Positions 40,377 through 50,092 of a stretch of DNA of 64,000 bases are shown here, one piece after another (the first letter of the stretch is position 1; the number at the start of each line of letters is the position of its first letter). Made by a program: the position numbers and the translations under genes. The notes under the pieces were generated by a model that made no database searches, was not told where the DNA came from, and was given only the letters and a program-made list of their open reading frames with translations. The DNA comes from Minisyncoccota bacterium (GTDB taxonomy: Bacteria; Patescibacteriota; Minisyncoccia; Phycocordibacterales; CAIJYI01). The DNA is taken from assembly GCA_023229825.1 (NCBI GenBank), contig JALNYN010000005.1, positions 1,933 through 65,932 on the forward strand, given 5' to 3'.

Positions 40377-40820
40377 ATGAATTATAGAAAAAAAATATTA
40401 TTATTTTATTTTACTTTATGTTTTTTCCTGTTAATAAGTATTATTCCATTTGCACCTCATTGGTTTGGATTTTGTGATAGTTTTGTAGACTACGAATGCA
40501 AAGATAAATTCAACAAATATAAGTTGTTTAGTGCGATTATTTCATTTGCATCTTCAATTATTATATTCGGTGCACTTTTAGTTCGTCTTCGAATTAAATC
40601 AAAAGAAGCGTTTCTGGTGTGGCAAAAATTTGCAATTATTTGGATTCCGATTTCTATACTCCTCATTGCAAGAGCTCCCGCTCAACGCGACTGTTTTTTC
40701 GGTGGACCTTTTTGCTCCGGGTTTGACCGAGAAGGAATGATTTGGTTTACGGCAGGCATCTTTTTTATTGTGTCCATTGCCATTATCGCAGTAAAAACAT
40801 GGAAATTGAAAGGGAAGTAA
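40377..40820 (+). CDS. small 4-TM membrane protein, paralog 3
   Basis: WQKFAIIWIPISILLIARAP...IIAVKTWKLKGK. Confidence 0.5.
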   Translation: MNYRKKILLFYFTLCFFLLISIIPFAPHWFGFCDSFVDYECKDKFNKYKLFSAIISFASSIIIFGALLVRLRIKSKEAFLVWQKFAIIWIPISILLIARAPAQRDCFFGGPFCSGFDREGMIWFTAGIFFIVSIAIIAVKTWKLKGK

Positions 40821-40979
40821 ACCGTGAGAAAATTTTAACCAATGGAACCACCAACCGGATTACAAAAAATATCCCACCGAAAATTTCAGATAAACAGCTG
40901 CCAAGTTTTTCCGCGCAGCCCCTTCACCATAAGCAAAAAAACACCTCAACACATATTTTGAAAAGAATGGGTGCCTGGA
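40814..40979. repeat. direct repeat unit H, copy 3 (degenerate; ends in degenerate family-C motif agaatgggtgcctgga)
   Basis: gggaagtaaaccgtgagaaaattttaaccaatggaacc... aligns with copies 1 and 2. Confidence 0.5.
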
Positions 40980-41060
40980 TTTATTCAACCTTGAACTGCA
41001 ACAGTCGTCGTTGATGGTCGATAGCGCGCCGAACTTAACGAACACAGAAGAAAAGTTCGA

Positions 41061-41096
41061 AAAAACTCGCCGGCTTGCGGCGAGTTTTGTTTTCTT
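41061..41096. terminator. bidirectional terminator
   Basis: aaaactcgccggcttgcggcgagtttt. Confidence 0.75.
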
Positions 41097-41283
41097 ACAT
41101 AGGATAGGAGATCCATCTCGCATATTCGTAGAGTTCGTAGGCTATGATAACGCCCAGTAAAGCATACAGCCAGCCGACCCATTTCCAATTTTTTGAGCTA
41201 AAGTCTATCACTGCGCGAACCGCAAGCAGCAGAGCTTTAAAAATTTCTCCCGATTCTGATAAAAAATTTAATATTTTTTTCAA
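41095..41283 (-). CDS. small membrane protein (hypothetical)
   Basis: 62 aa, TTG start 7 nt after GAGGAGG, C-terminal TM helix. Confidence 0.35.
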   Translation of the reverse strand: MKKILNFLSESGEIFKALLLAVRAVIDFSSKNWKWVGWLYALLGVIIAYELYEYARWISYPM

Positions 41284-41455
41284 GATTAGTCCTCCTCATG
41301 TATTTTTTTCGATAAAATATCGGTAAAATCTACTTAAAACATTATACCCTATGTGTTTTTTTGTCAATACAAAGAGCATAAAACTCTAACGGGGTCAAAT
41401 TGCCCCAAAAGATGATTTATGGTATATTGCGTCTACAACTAATAAATATACGCAT

Positions 41456-42538
41456 ATGTCAAAAGACTACTACAACATCTTAGGCGTCCCCAAAGGCGCA
41501 TCAAAAGACGATATAAAAAAAGCGTTCCGTAAACTGGCGCATCAATATCATCCTGATAAACAAGGCGGAAATGAGGCTAAATTTAAGGAGATCAACGAAG
41601 CGTATCAGGTTCTCTCCGATGATACCAAACGGGCGACGTACGACACCTACGGCAGTAATTTCAACGGTGACATGGGAGGCGCGGGTGGTTTTGGTGGATT
41701 TGATTTTTCGGGTTTTCAGCAAGCGGCGGGCGGAGCGCAAGGTTTCGGCGGGGTGGAATTCGATCTCGGCGATATCTTCGGAGATTTCTTCGGCGGCGGA
41801 CAGCGGGGCAGAATAAAACGAGGACGCGATATTTCAATGGATCTCGAGATCTCATTTTCCGAGTCGGTATTTGGTACGGAAAGAAAGGTGCTGATCACTA
41901 AAACGATCGTGTGTGATGAGTGCCGCGGGACAGGAGGAAAACCCGGAACAAAAATGAAGAAATGCGAAACATGCAACGGTCAGGGAAAAGTGCATGACGC
42001 AAAGAAAACAATGTTCGGTACGTTCAGCACGGTTCGCGAGTGCAGCGTATGTGCCGGCAAAGGAGAAGTTCCAACCGAGAAATGCGCGAAGTGTCGCGGA
42101 GCAGGAGCTCTCAAAGGACAAGAAGAGATCAAGATCGTTATCCCTCCGGGAATTTCAAACGGTGAAGTTATCCGCATGAGCACGAAAGGCGAAGCTATGC
42201 CTGGCGGCGTTGCGGGTGATCTGTATGTTAAAATTCATTGCCACCCTCACGCGTTCTTGAGAAGGGAAGGCGTCAATCTCGTAATGGATCTGGATATTAA
42301 ACTCACCGATGCGCTTCTCGGTGCCGAGTATCCGATCGAAACGCTGGACGGAAAGATCTCGGTAAAGATCCCGGAGGGAGTTGCTCACGGTGAGATACTG
42401 CGCGTGCGCGGAAAAGGCGTGCCTGTGGATAAAACGCGCCGAGGTGATTTTCTGATCAAACTCAATATCAAGCTGCCGAAAAAGCTGTCCAAAAAAGCCG
42501 AAAAGCTTTTTACGGAATTGAAAAACGAGGGAATTTAA
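41456..42538 (+). CDS. dnaJ: molecular chaperone DnaJ
   Basis: J-domain with HPD (YHPDKQ), G/F-rich region, four CxxCxGxG zinc-finger repeats, C-terminal domain. Confidence 0.9.
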   Translation: MSKDYYNILGVPKGASKDDIKKAFRKLAHQYHPDKQGGNEAKFKEINEAYQVLSDDTKRATYDTYGSNFNGDMGGAGGFGGFDFSGFQQAAGGAQGFGGVEFDLGDIFGDFFGGGQRGRIKRGRDISMDLEISFSESVFGTERKVLITKTIVCDECRGTGGKPGTKMKKCETCNGQGKVHDAKKTMFGTFSTVRECSVCAGKGEVPTEKCAKCRGAGALKGQEEIKIVIPPGISNGEVIRMSTKGEAMPGGVAGDLYVKIHCHPHAFLRREGVNLVMDLDIKLTDALLGAEYPIETLDGKISVKIPEGVAHGEILRVRGKGVPVDKTRRGDFLIKLNIKLPKKLSKKAEKLFTELKNEGI

Positions 42539-42645
42539 ATTTAAGGTACGCCTTCCGGTATAACGGAGGGCGTATTTTATTGAAGAAAAAAGAATTTATA
42601 TGATATAATGAAAGACTAATAGGCGTCTGTGTAATTTAAAAAAAT

Positions 42646-43356
42646 ATGCAACCGACTTTAAACAAGGAGCGTTTTATATTGCCGTATTGGACATGTGAGA
42701 TCGGACAGCGCATTTCGATGCTCATAACCGGGCCAGTGTGTCGCGTATTTTTTCGGACGCGAGTCATGGGATATGAAAACATAAAAGATCTCAAGCCAGG
42801 GGTGGTATTTGCGCTAAATCATACGAGCGAATGGGATCCGATCGTTTTTGCGAATGGTTTCAACATATTTTCAAAAATGATACCGCTCTACACAACATCA
42901 AGAGAGAAAAACTTTTACAAAACAAGCGCCTTGAGATCAATATTTTACGGGGGAAATCTTTTCCGGTTCATGGGAGCTTTTCCAGTTGTTGTCGGCGTGA
43001 AAAATTATGAACGATCTCTCGCGTTCCATATTAAAATGCTAAAAAATGGGAAAAACGTTCTTATTTTTCCTGAAGGTCATTGCACAAAAGACGGAAAATT
43101 GCAGCCGGCGAAGGGTGGTGTCGTGGCGCTCGCGAGGGCGGCGAACGTACCCGTCATTCCGGTCGGGGTCACTGGTCTTTTTAACATTACGCCGAAAGAA
43201 TTTTTTTTGAGGAAGCGCCGAGTTGGTCTTTATTTCGGAAAACCGATATATCCGAATGAACTTTTTCTTGAGAACGGACGAGTGGGATATTCTGCGTATC
43301 CTCAAATCGCGAATGAAATAATAATGTCAAAGATCGCGGAACTTATCGATCTATAA
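42646..43356 (+). CDS. plsC: 1-acyl-sn-glycerol-3-phosphate acyltransferase
   Basis: NHTSEWD (HxxxxD) and FPEGHCTKDG motifs. Confidence 0.75.
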   Translation: MQPTLNKERFILPYWTCEIGQRISMLITGPVCRVFFRTRVMGYENIKDLKPGVVFALNHTSEWDPIVFANGFNIFSKMIPLYTTSREKNFYKTSALRSIFYGGNLFRFMGAFPVVVGVKNYERSLAFHIKMLKNGKNVLIFPEGHCTKDGKLQPAKGGVVALARAANVPVIPVGVTGLFNITPKEFFLRKRRVGLYFGKPIYPNELFLENGRVGYSAYPQIANEIIMSKIAELIDL

Positions 43357-43372
43357 TAAATTTTCGTGTTAT

Positions 43373-44446
43373 ATGTCTTCGCACGTTAAAATAATGCCGG
43401 AGGATGGAATGGACAGCGAACATCGTTTTGCTTTTTTGGTGCACCCGCGCGGATTTAACGACATCTATCTCACGTTTCCTTTCACCCGTTTTTTGCCCAA
43501 GTGGCTGGTCAGAAAAGTTTTTTTGCTTATCGGACCCATGGTGGTCGGGAAGGTATACGGACTTAAAACTTCCGACGGAAAAACTGCCAAAGGCGAGATC
43601 ATCACCGTTCCAATGACAGCGCGAGACATGCTCGAGAACCGAGAATTGGCCGCGCGCGAAGTGGAGGGCTGTATTCGCCTTGCTGAAAAGCGCGGCGCAA
43701 GAATGGTTGGTTTGGGCTCGCTTACTTCTGTGGTGGTCGGCGGAGGCGTCGACGTTGTCGGAAAATTTAAAACAAAGATCACGAATGGAAATGCGTTAAC
43801 GGTTTTTATGGCGTATCAGGGCATTCGAGCTGTCTGTGAAAAAAAAGGCATTGATATGAAAACGGCGCAATTTGCGATCGTCGGCGCATCTGGATCAACG
43901 GGAAGCGGAATATCTAAGATGCTCATTCGTGATGGCGGAGCGCGAAGCGAATTGATCATGATCGGACGAACACCATCGCATCTTGAAAGCCTTTCTAATG
44001 AAATGCAAGAATTTTTCCCCGATGCAAAAGTAAAAATAACGAATGATATGACGGAAACGATCCATGCCGATGTTGTGATCGTTGCAACGAGCGCCGAAGG
44101 GGCGATCCTTAAAGCTGAAAATCTCAAAAAAAATGCGGTCGTATATGATGTGACGCAGCCGCAAAATGTCACGCGGTCCATTATGGACGGCCGTCCCGAT
44201 CTCTTAGTTGTGGATGGCGCGATAACGAAACTTCCGGAAGGTGTCGGATATACGGTAAACATGGGTCTTGTAAAAGGAGAGTCATTCTCTTGTATGGCGG
44301 AAACCATGCTTCTGGGGCTTGAAAAATACCCTGAAGATTTTTGTATCGGGCGCGTTACGATGGAGAAGATCGACACGATCTCAATCTTGGCTGAAAGTTA
44401 CGGCTTTAAACCCGCGCCTCTTAGAAGCTGGGGAAAAATTATTTAG
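43373..44446 (+). CDS. homolog of long-chain acyl-ACP reductase (AAR family; Rossmann NAD(P)-binding)
   Basis: GLGSLTSVV, NGNALTVFMAYQGI, AIVGASGSTGSGI, CMAETMLLGLE...TMEKIDTISILAESYGFKP parallel the cyanobacterial AAR sequence blocks recalled from memory. Confidence 0.55.
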   Translation: MSSHVKIMPEDGMDSEHRFAFLVHPRGFNDIYLTFPFTRFLPKWLVRKVFLLIGPMVVGKVYGLKTSDGKTAKGEIITVPMTARDMLENRELAAREVEGCIRLAEKRGARMVGLGSLTSVVVGGGVDVVGKFKTKITNGNALTVFMAYQGIRAVCEKKGIDMKTAQFAIVGASGSTGSGISKMLIRDGGARSELIMIGRTPSHLESLSNEMQEFFPDAKVKITNDMTETIHADVVIVATSAEGAILKAENLKKNAVVYDVTQPQNVTRSIMDGRPDLLVVDGAITKLPEGVGYTVNMGLVKGESFSCMAETMLLGLEKYPEDFCIGRVTMEKIDTISILAESYGFKPAPLRSWGKII

Positions 44447-44463
44447 CGATGAAAAATCAACTA

Positions 44464-46097
44464 TGAATTCTTTCTCTTTTTTTTACGGCATGGGGACTGA
44501 AAATATTCTTCTTCTTTCTGCTGGAACTATCAATCTTGCTTTTGCGGTCCTTTTGTTTTTTACGGATCAGCGCAATAAAAAAAATATTCTTTTTTCGCTC
44601 ATCGCAGTCTCAATTTCAATGTGGGCGTTTTCAATGGCGGGTTTCTATCTTTCTTCCAATGCCACTTTGGTAAATATTCTTTCTGTGTGTCTTTATGTTT
44701 CAGCAGCGTGTTTTCCGTTTTTTTTCTATTTTTTTGTCAGCTCGTTAGGAGGAAGTGAACAACCTCTGCCGCTTCGTAATAAAATGACCGCCGTTGCGGC
44801 GTTTATATTATCGGTGATCATTGTAAATATTCCTGATTTTGTTATCACCGTTCCGGATAACTCATCAGTAAAAACATTTCTTTTTGGACCCGGATATATA
44901 TTATACGAGTTGTATCAAGTAACATATTTATCTGTCTGTTTTCATCTTCTTTTTGAAAAATACAAAAAAGCCACGGAACCGCTTTTGAAAAAGCAGCTGC
45001 TATTTCTTTTTCTGGGATTATTTTCAGGTTCTTTTATTTGCGTACTGACGAATTTGGTGTTCCCTGCAATCGGGTGGTGGGATTGGTTTTGGTTCGGTCC
45101 CGTTGCGACTATCATCATGGTCGTCTTTGTCGGCTATTCCACGGTCAAGCATAATCTGTTCAATACAAAATCGGTCGTCGTGGTTGCGGTCACGTTTGTT
45201 CTTTGGGTTGCGATGGCAATGAGGCTTTTCCTCTCTGTGAGAATGGAAGATTATGTCATCAATGGATCCCTCTTCGTTCTCGTTGTCGGCAGCGGACTTA
45301 TTCTCATTCGCGCCATATATCAGGAGATCGACCAGCTTGAAAAGATCGAAAGCATCGCAAAAGATCTCGAGATCGCCAACGAACATCTTCGCGTGCTTGA
45401 TAAACAAAAATCAGAATTTGTCTCTATCGCTTCGCATCAGCTTCGCACTCCTCTGACCGCTATCACGGGCTATACTTCCATGGTCATTGAAGGGTCCAAT
45501 GGTCCGGTTTCCGAGAAAGTGACGGACGTTCTCAGCAAGGTGCTCGAGTCCAGTCGCCGTCTCGCCGTCATTATCGATGATTTCCTCACGATCAGCCATA
45601 TCGAACAGGGAAAAATGACCTACAAATTTGAAACGGTCGAAATGAAGCAAATGACGCAAAATATCGTTGAAGAATTCGCCGAGCGGGCAAAGCTGAAAAA
45701 TTTATCGCTCACATTCACCTCGGACGGATACGACACCTATAATGTCACCGCCGATTCGGGGAAGATCCGACAAATACTTTCCAATCTCATCGATAATTCC
45801 ATAAAATATACGCCCGCAGGCTCGGTCGAAGTGCATCTTTCCAAAGACTTCGGACTTCGAAAAACGCGCATCATGATCAAAGACACCGGCATAGGACTGT
45901 CGAGAGAATCGATCGCGGCGCTGTTTCAGAAATTCAGCCGCGCCAAAGAAGTGCAGAAAGTGTATACCGACGGCAGTGGTATCGGGCTCTATATCGGACA
46001 AGAGCTTATAAAGGCGCATCACGGCCGCATCTGGGTTGAATCGGAAGGGGAAGGAAAAGGTTCTTCATTCTTTATTGAACTATTAAGCGAAGACTAA
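44464..46097 (+). CDS. sensor histidine kinase with multi-TM N-terminal sensor region
   Basis: 7-8 TM helices, then HisKA (SIASHQLRTPLTAI) and HATPase_c (N box NLIDNSIKYT, G boxes DTGIGL, GSGIGL); start at MNSFSFF (ORF track starts 44319 in overlap with upstream gene). Confidence 0.8.
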
Positions 46098-46212
46098 ATA
46101 CTAATATACGAATAGTACCAATATACGAATGGATACGAATGCGGACGGTTCCGGCGTTCGTCGTCGTATTCGTTGCCATTCGTATATTGGTACCCATTCG
46201 TATATTAGTATT
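46097..46212. repeat. family-D palindromic element (tacgaat-rich arms)
   Basis: aaatactaatatacgaatagtaccaatatacgaatggatacgaatgcggacg ... cgtcgtattcgttgccattcgtatattggtacccattcgtatattagtattt. Confidence 0.55.
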
Positions 46213-46241
46213 TTTGTGAACGTTATGTTAAATTTATAGTT

Positions 46242-47639
46242 ATGACATCTCAAGAAATAGAAAAAAAGATCGACGATCTTCTTACCCGAGGGGTGGGGCA
46301 ATTTGTGGATCCGAACGGGGCTTTTCGCAAAAAACTTCAGGCAAAAGCCGAAGGAAAGTATCCCAAAGATATTGTCATCAAATTCGGAGTGGACCCGACG
46401 CGGCCCGACATTCATTTGGGGCATGCGGTCATTTTGCGAAAGCTGCGCGGTTTTCAGGAGCTTGGCTGCAAAGTGATATTCCTGATCGGCGATTACACGG
46501 CTTCGATCGGCGATCCGACCGGAAAAAGCAAAGTGCGCCCTGAGGTAGAACAGAAAGAGATCGAAGAAAACATGAAAACCTATCTCGAACAGGTGGGGAA
46601 GATCCTCCGCACCGATGCCGCGGTTTTTTCGTGGATCAGGAACTCCGACTGGTTCTATGGGGTCGCGGATATTTTTTCCCCGAAGGAGATCACTATCACT
46701 CAGGATGGCACTTCGCTCACTTTCCCGAAAAATTCATTTCTTGCCAAAGCGGCCATCTTCGACCAGAGCCGCATGCAGAGAACGCACTTAAAAAAAGAGT
46801 CCATCGAAAGTCTTACTTTTCGAGGACTGCTTTGGACCTTGCGCCACATCACGCACGGCCGCCTCATTCAGCGCGATATGTTCCAGGAGAGGATCAAGAA
46901 CGGGGAAGAACTGTACATGCATGAAATGCTGTATCCGGTCATTCAGGGAATTGATTCTTTCATTCTTTCGCAGATCTATGGAAGCTGCGATCTGGAAGTC
47001 GGCGGAACGGATCAAACGTTCAACATGCTTATGGGACGCGATGTCATGAAAGTAAACCATGCTGAAGAGCAGTCCGTGTTATCTTTCGAACTTCTCGTCG
47101 GTACTGACGGAAAAGAAAAAATGAGCAAAAGTTTGGATAATTTTATCGCGATCACCGATGTTCCGTTTGATATGTACGGAAAGGTCATGTCTGTTCCGGA
47201 CAGCGCGCTTATCACTTATTTCGCTCTCTGTACGTACACGCCGCTCGATATGATCGAGGATATTTTTGATAAGATCAAAAAAGGGGGAAATCCTCGAGAT
47301 GCCAAAATGCGTCTCGCGAAGGAGATCGTTTCGATCTACCACGGGGAAGCGAAGGCAGTCCATGCGGAAGAAGAATACATAAAAACATTCCAGAAAGGAG
47401 GCGTTCCCGAAGGCATTCCGGAGATCGATATTTCGCACGGAGAATCGGAAGCCTTTGAAATTTTGAAGAAGTGTTTCGGCGAAGAAAAAAGCAATACGGA
47501 GATTCGCCGTCTTTTCGACGAGGGCGCAATAACCATCGGCAATGAAAAGATCACCGATCCGAAAGCAAAGATCACCCCAAAAAACGGCCAAGTCATAAAA
47601 GCCGGAAAAAAAACATGGTTTAAGGTAAAAATGGGGTAA
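46242..47639 (+). CDS. tyrS: tyrosine--tRNA ligase
   Basis: HIGH-type DIHLGH, TyrRS-specific IGDYTASIGDPTGKS, KMSKS, C-terminal S4-like domain; long insertion between HIGH and KMSKS. Confidence 0.8.
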   Translation: MTSQEIEKKIDDLLTRGVGQFVDPNGAFRKKLQAKAEGKYPKDIVIKFGVDPTRPDIHLGHAVILRKLRGFQELGCKVIFLIGDYTASIGDPTGKSKVRPEVEQKEIEENMKTYLEQVGKILRTDAAVFSWIRNSDWFYGVADIFSPKEITITQDGTSLTFPKNSFLAKAAIFDQSRMQRTHLKKESIESLTFRGLLWTLRHITHGRLIQRDMFQERIKNGEELYMHEMLYPVIQGIDSFILSQIYGSCDLEVGGTDQTFNMLMGRDVMKVNHAEEQSVLSFELLVGTDGKEKMSKSLDNFIAITDVPFDMYGKVMSVPDSALITYFALCTYTPLDMIEDIFDKIKKGGNPRDAKMRLAKEIVSIYHGEAKAVHAEEEYIKTFQKGGVPEGIPEIDISHGESEAFEILKKCFGEEKSNTEIRRLFDEGAITIGNEKITDPKAKITPKNGQVIKAGKKTWFKVKMG

Positions 47640-47680
47640 GATGTTGCAATTTCTCGAAATTCGTGTATGATAAAGGAACT

Positions 47681-47992
47681 ATGAAATTCGCAATTATCGA
47701 AACAGGAGGAAAACAATACCGAATTGAGCAGGGGCAGACGTTCCATGTGGAGAAGCTCGCTGTCGAAAACGAAGGAGAAAAAGTCTTGTTTGACAAGGTA
47801 CTTTTACTCTCGGACGAGGGAAAAGTCACCATTGGAACTCCGTATATCGAAGGAACGGTCATCGAATGCGCCTACGAGGGCAACGGACGAAACGCCAAGG
47901 TTACCACGATCAAATACAAGCAAAAAAGCAACTATTTTAAGAAAAGGGGACATCGCCAGACATTCTCTAAGGTTACCGTTTCAAAGATCTAA
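47681..47992 (+). CDS. rplU: 50S ribosomal protein L21
   Basis: MKFAIIETGGKQYRIEQGQ... canonical L21 N-terminus (ORF track starts 47663). Confidence 0.85.
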   Translation: MKFAIIETGGKQYRIEQGQTFHVEKLAVENEGEKVLFDKVLLLSDEGKVTIGTPYIEGTVIECAYEGNGRNAKVTTIKYKQKSNYFKKRGHRQTFSKVTVSKI

Positions 47993-48000
47993 ACAACCTA

Positions 48001-48028
48001 ACAAGCTCTGAAAGGGGCTTGTTTTGCA
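48001..48028 (+). terminator. weak hairpin terminator after rplU
   Basis: acaagctctgaaaggggcttgtttt. Confidence 0.45.
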
Positions 48029-48078
48029 ATATAAAACACAGCTTGTCAAGACATCTCAAAAATGATATAATTAACAAC

Positions 48079-48439
48079 AGGTTCCCGTATCGGATAGTTG
48101 CCCCGAGTTTGTCGAGGGGAGGAAAGTCCGAACACACACTGCCGTCACAAGCGACAGTAGCATGGTAGCGGGTAACGCCCGTCCGGAGCGATCCGCGAGA
48201 TGCGAGCAGAGACGGTTTGTTTTGAAAGAAACAAACTATCCTTCGCAAGAAGGATAAGTTCTCTTGGTAACAAGAGAGGTGAAACGGCTAAACTCTTACC
48301 GGTGTGCAAGGCCGTGTCCCGATTTATCGGGAAGTGCCGCTTGAGGGTTGTGGTAACATAACTCCCAGATAAATAACTATCGTCCTGCGTAGCCTCGGCA
48401 AAGCAGGATACAGAATTCGGCTTACAGATACGAGAACCT
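48079..48439 (+). ncRNA. rnpB: RNase P RNA (bacterial type A)
   Basis: P4 core GAGGAAAGTCCG, GGTGAAACGGctaaactcTTACC, ACAGAAttCGGCTTA; P1 pairing aggttcccgtatc / gatacgagaacct. Confidence 0.7.
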
Positions 48440-48445
48440 AATAAA

Positions 48446-48478
48446 AACACTTGGCGGTCTAACCGCCAAGTGTTTTTA
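48446..48478 (+). terminator. rho-independent terminator after rnpB
   Basis: acacttggcggtctaaccgccaagtgt + tttt. Confidence 0.75.
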
Positions 48479-48556
48479 GAAACGCCACGTTTTGACAAAA
48501 ATAATTAATTATGTTAAGTTACGAAGCGGTTTGGTCCAGAATAGGAGATATATATC

Positions 48557-48817
48557 ATGAAGTTTCAACCGAAAGATTTTAATCAGGTTACTGAAGCGCC
48601 GATAGGGCTCGGTATGCGCAAAATTGAAAATGAAGAATTTGCTGCGTATGTATTGAACCGGCACATCAAAGCGGATCAGGAATTTGATATCCCTTTCTCA
48701 TACAAGAATGATCATAGTAATATGGCCCCGGAATTTCTTAATGATCACGGCGAGCGGAAATATACCCTCACAAGAAAATCGCTTGCGTTACTATGGGCGA
48801 AGTATGGCAAAGAGTAA
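48557..48817 (+). CDS. hypothetical small protein
   Basis: 86 aa, AGGAGA RBS upstream, no motifs. Confidence 0.3.
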   Translation: MKFQPKDFNQVTEAPIGLGMRKIENEEFAAYVLNRHIKADQEFDIPFSYKNDHSNMAPEFLNDHGERKYTLTRKSLALLWAKYGKE

Positions 48818-49027
48818 AATATACCCGTCGCGGATGCAAAGCAAAAATGCCTGTCATGAGAACCGGCGGAACGACTTTTTTTGGCGGTTGGTCAGGTGAA
48901 TGGAGAAAGGACAAGTCCGTCAAATAATATCAAATCACTTGGGTTTACTCCAAGTGATTTTTTTTGCATGTCGTCCGTATACCTATACTCATCTCCAATT
49001 AACCTGTTCTTTTTTCTAACGCACCTA

Positions 49028-49102
49028 TCGTCATTCCGGACTTGATCCGGAATCCACGTCCGGCGGTATGGCGTGGATCCCGGGTCCCGGCCCGGGATGA
49101 CG
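49028..49102. repeat. family-B REPIN-like element, copy 4
   Basis: gtcattccggacttgatccggaatccacgtc ... cgtggatcccgggtcccggcccgggatgac. Confidence 0.6.
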
Positions 49103-49182
49103 AATGAAATTGTTTAGTTAGAAATGGAAATTACGCGTCCTATTGTTCCATTCTCGCGCGTAATTGCCCGTCGCCGTTCGTT

Positions 49183-49222
49183 CCCTGATACTGATACTTT
49201 CTCCTGATACTTTAACGCTGTG
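49183..49222. repeat. family-E repeat
   Basis: tccctgatactgatactttctcctgatactttaa. Confidence 0.45.
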
Positions 49223-49251
49223 GATTACTCTCACTTTGCTGTAGACGCTCC

Positions 49252-49590
49252 ATGAGGTATACTGTGTACATGGATAGTATATTAAAATCCGACGTATTTT
49301 TTTTCGTAACGACGATTTGCGTTTTCATCGTTACTTCACTGCTGGTGATGATACTCATCGAAGCATGGCGAGTGTTTAAGAATGTTCGAAAAATTTCCGA
49401 CCGCATTACCGATGGCGCAATGGATCTTTCAAAAGATCTCGCCGCTTTCAGAACAATGCTTCACGAGCATCAGTTCGGCTTTAAACCGATCATCGACGTT
49501 ATGAAAAAGACAGCCGCGTCTTTCTCAAAAAGCAAACCGAAAAGGGCGAGAAAAAAGAAAGCTCCTAAAGAAGAAAGCGAATTCATCTGA
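49252..49590 (+). CDS. hypothetical membrane protein
   Basis: One TM helix, Lys-rich tail. Confidence 0.35.
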   Translation: MRYTVYMDSILKSDVFFFVTTICVFIVTSLLVMILIEAWRVFKNVRKISDRITDGAMDLSKDLAAFRTMLHEHQFGFKPIIDVMKKTAASFSKSKPKRARKKKAPKEESEFI

Positions 49591-49650
49591 CCGAGACTTT
49601 TCGAAAATTATTCCCAAATTAATTATTAACAGTTAATCATAGATAATCAT

Positions 49651-50052
49651 ATGGCAACGAAGAAGAAAGAAGAGCCGAAAGGCATTGCGCTTCCGTTGGT
49701 GGCGGGCGTGTTAGCGGGAATTGCAGGATCATACTTTTTGTATGGACAGGGTAAACCTTCTCCGGCAAACAAGAAAAAACTTAAGGGCTGGATCGTAAAA
49801 GCAAAGGGCGAAGTGTTGGAAAAAATTGAAAAATTAAAAGCGGTTGACGAGGAAACCTATCAGAAGGTCATCGATACGGTCGCCGAGAAGTATGCGAAGG
49901 TCAAAGACATCGACCCGAACGAAGTACAAGAGCTCGTAAAGGATATGAAAAAACATTGGAAGAGCTTGGTGAAAGAAATGCAACCGAAAGCAAAAGCGAA
50001 GAAAAAAGCCGCTCCAAAAAAGGTCGCAACACCGACTATCACCGCAGCTTAA
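49651..50052 (+). CDS. hypothetical membrane-anchored protein (Lys-rich)
   Basis: N-terminal TM, helical Lys/Glu-rich body; terminator 50048-50092. Confidence 0.4.
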   Translation: MATKKKEEPKGIALPLVAGVLAGIAGSYFLYGQGKPSPANKKKLKGWIVKAKGEVLEKIEKLKAVDEETYQKVIDTVAEKYAKVKDIDPNEVQELVKDMKKHWKSLVKEMQPKAKAKKKAAPKKVATPTITAA

Positions 50053-50092
50053 TCAAAAAAACCGCTTCATTGTTAAATTGAAGCGGTTTTTT
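50048..50092 (+). terminator. rho-independent terminator
   Basis: aaaccgcttcattgttaaattgaagcggttt + tttt. Confidence 0.8.

Noticed and set aside
36700-40400. Antigenic-variation cassette system or diversity-generating retroelement acting on the giant protein C-terminal module
   Set aside because: No reverse transcriptase is present. The duplicated module at 38487-39674 is only ~60% identical at nucleotide level to the parent, too diverged for gene conversion or DGR templating. Kept only as a paralog/cassette observation.
48145-48498. 117-aa minus-strand ORF
   Set aside because: Overlaps the RNase P RNA gene, whose conserved P4/P1 elements explain the sequence. The ORF is an artefact.
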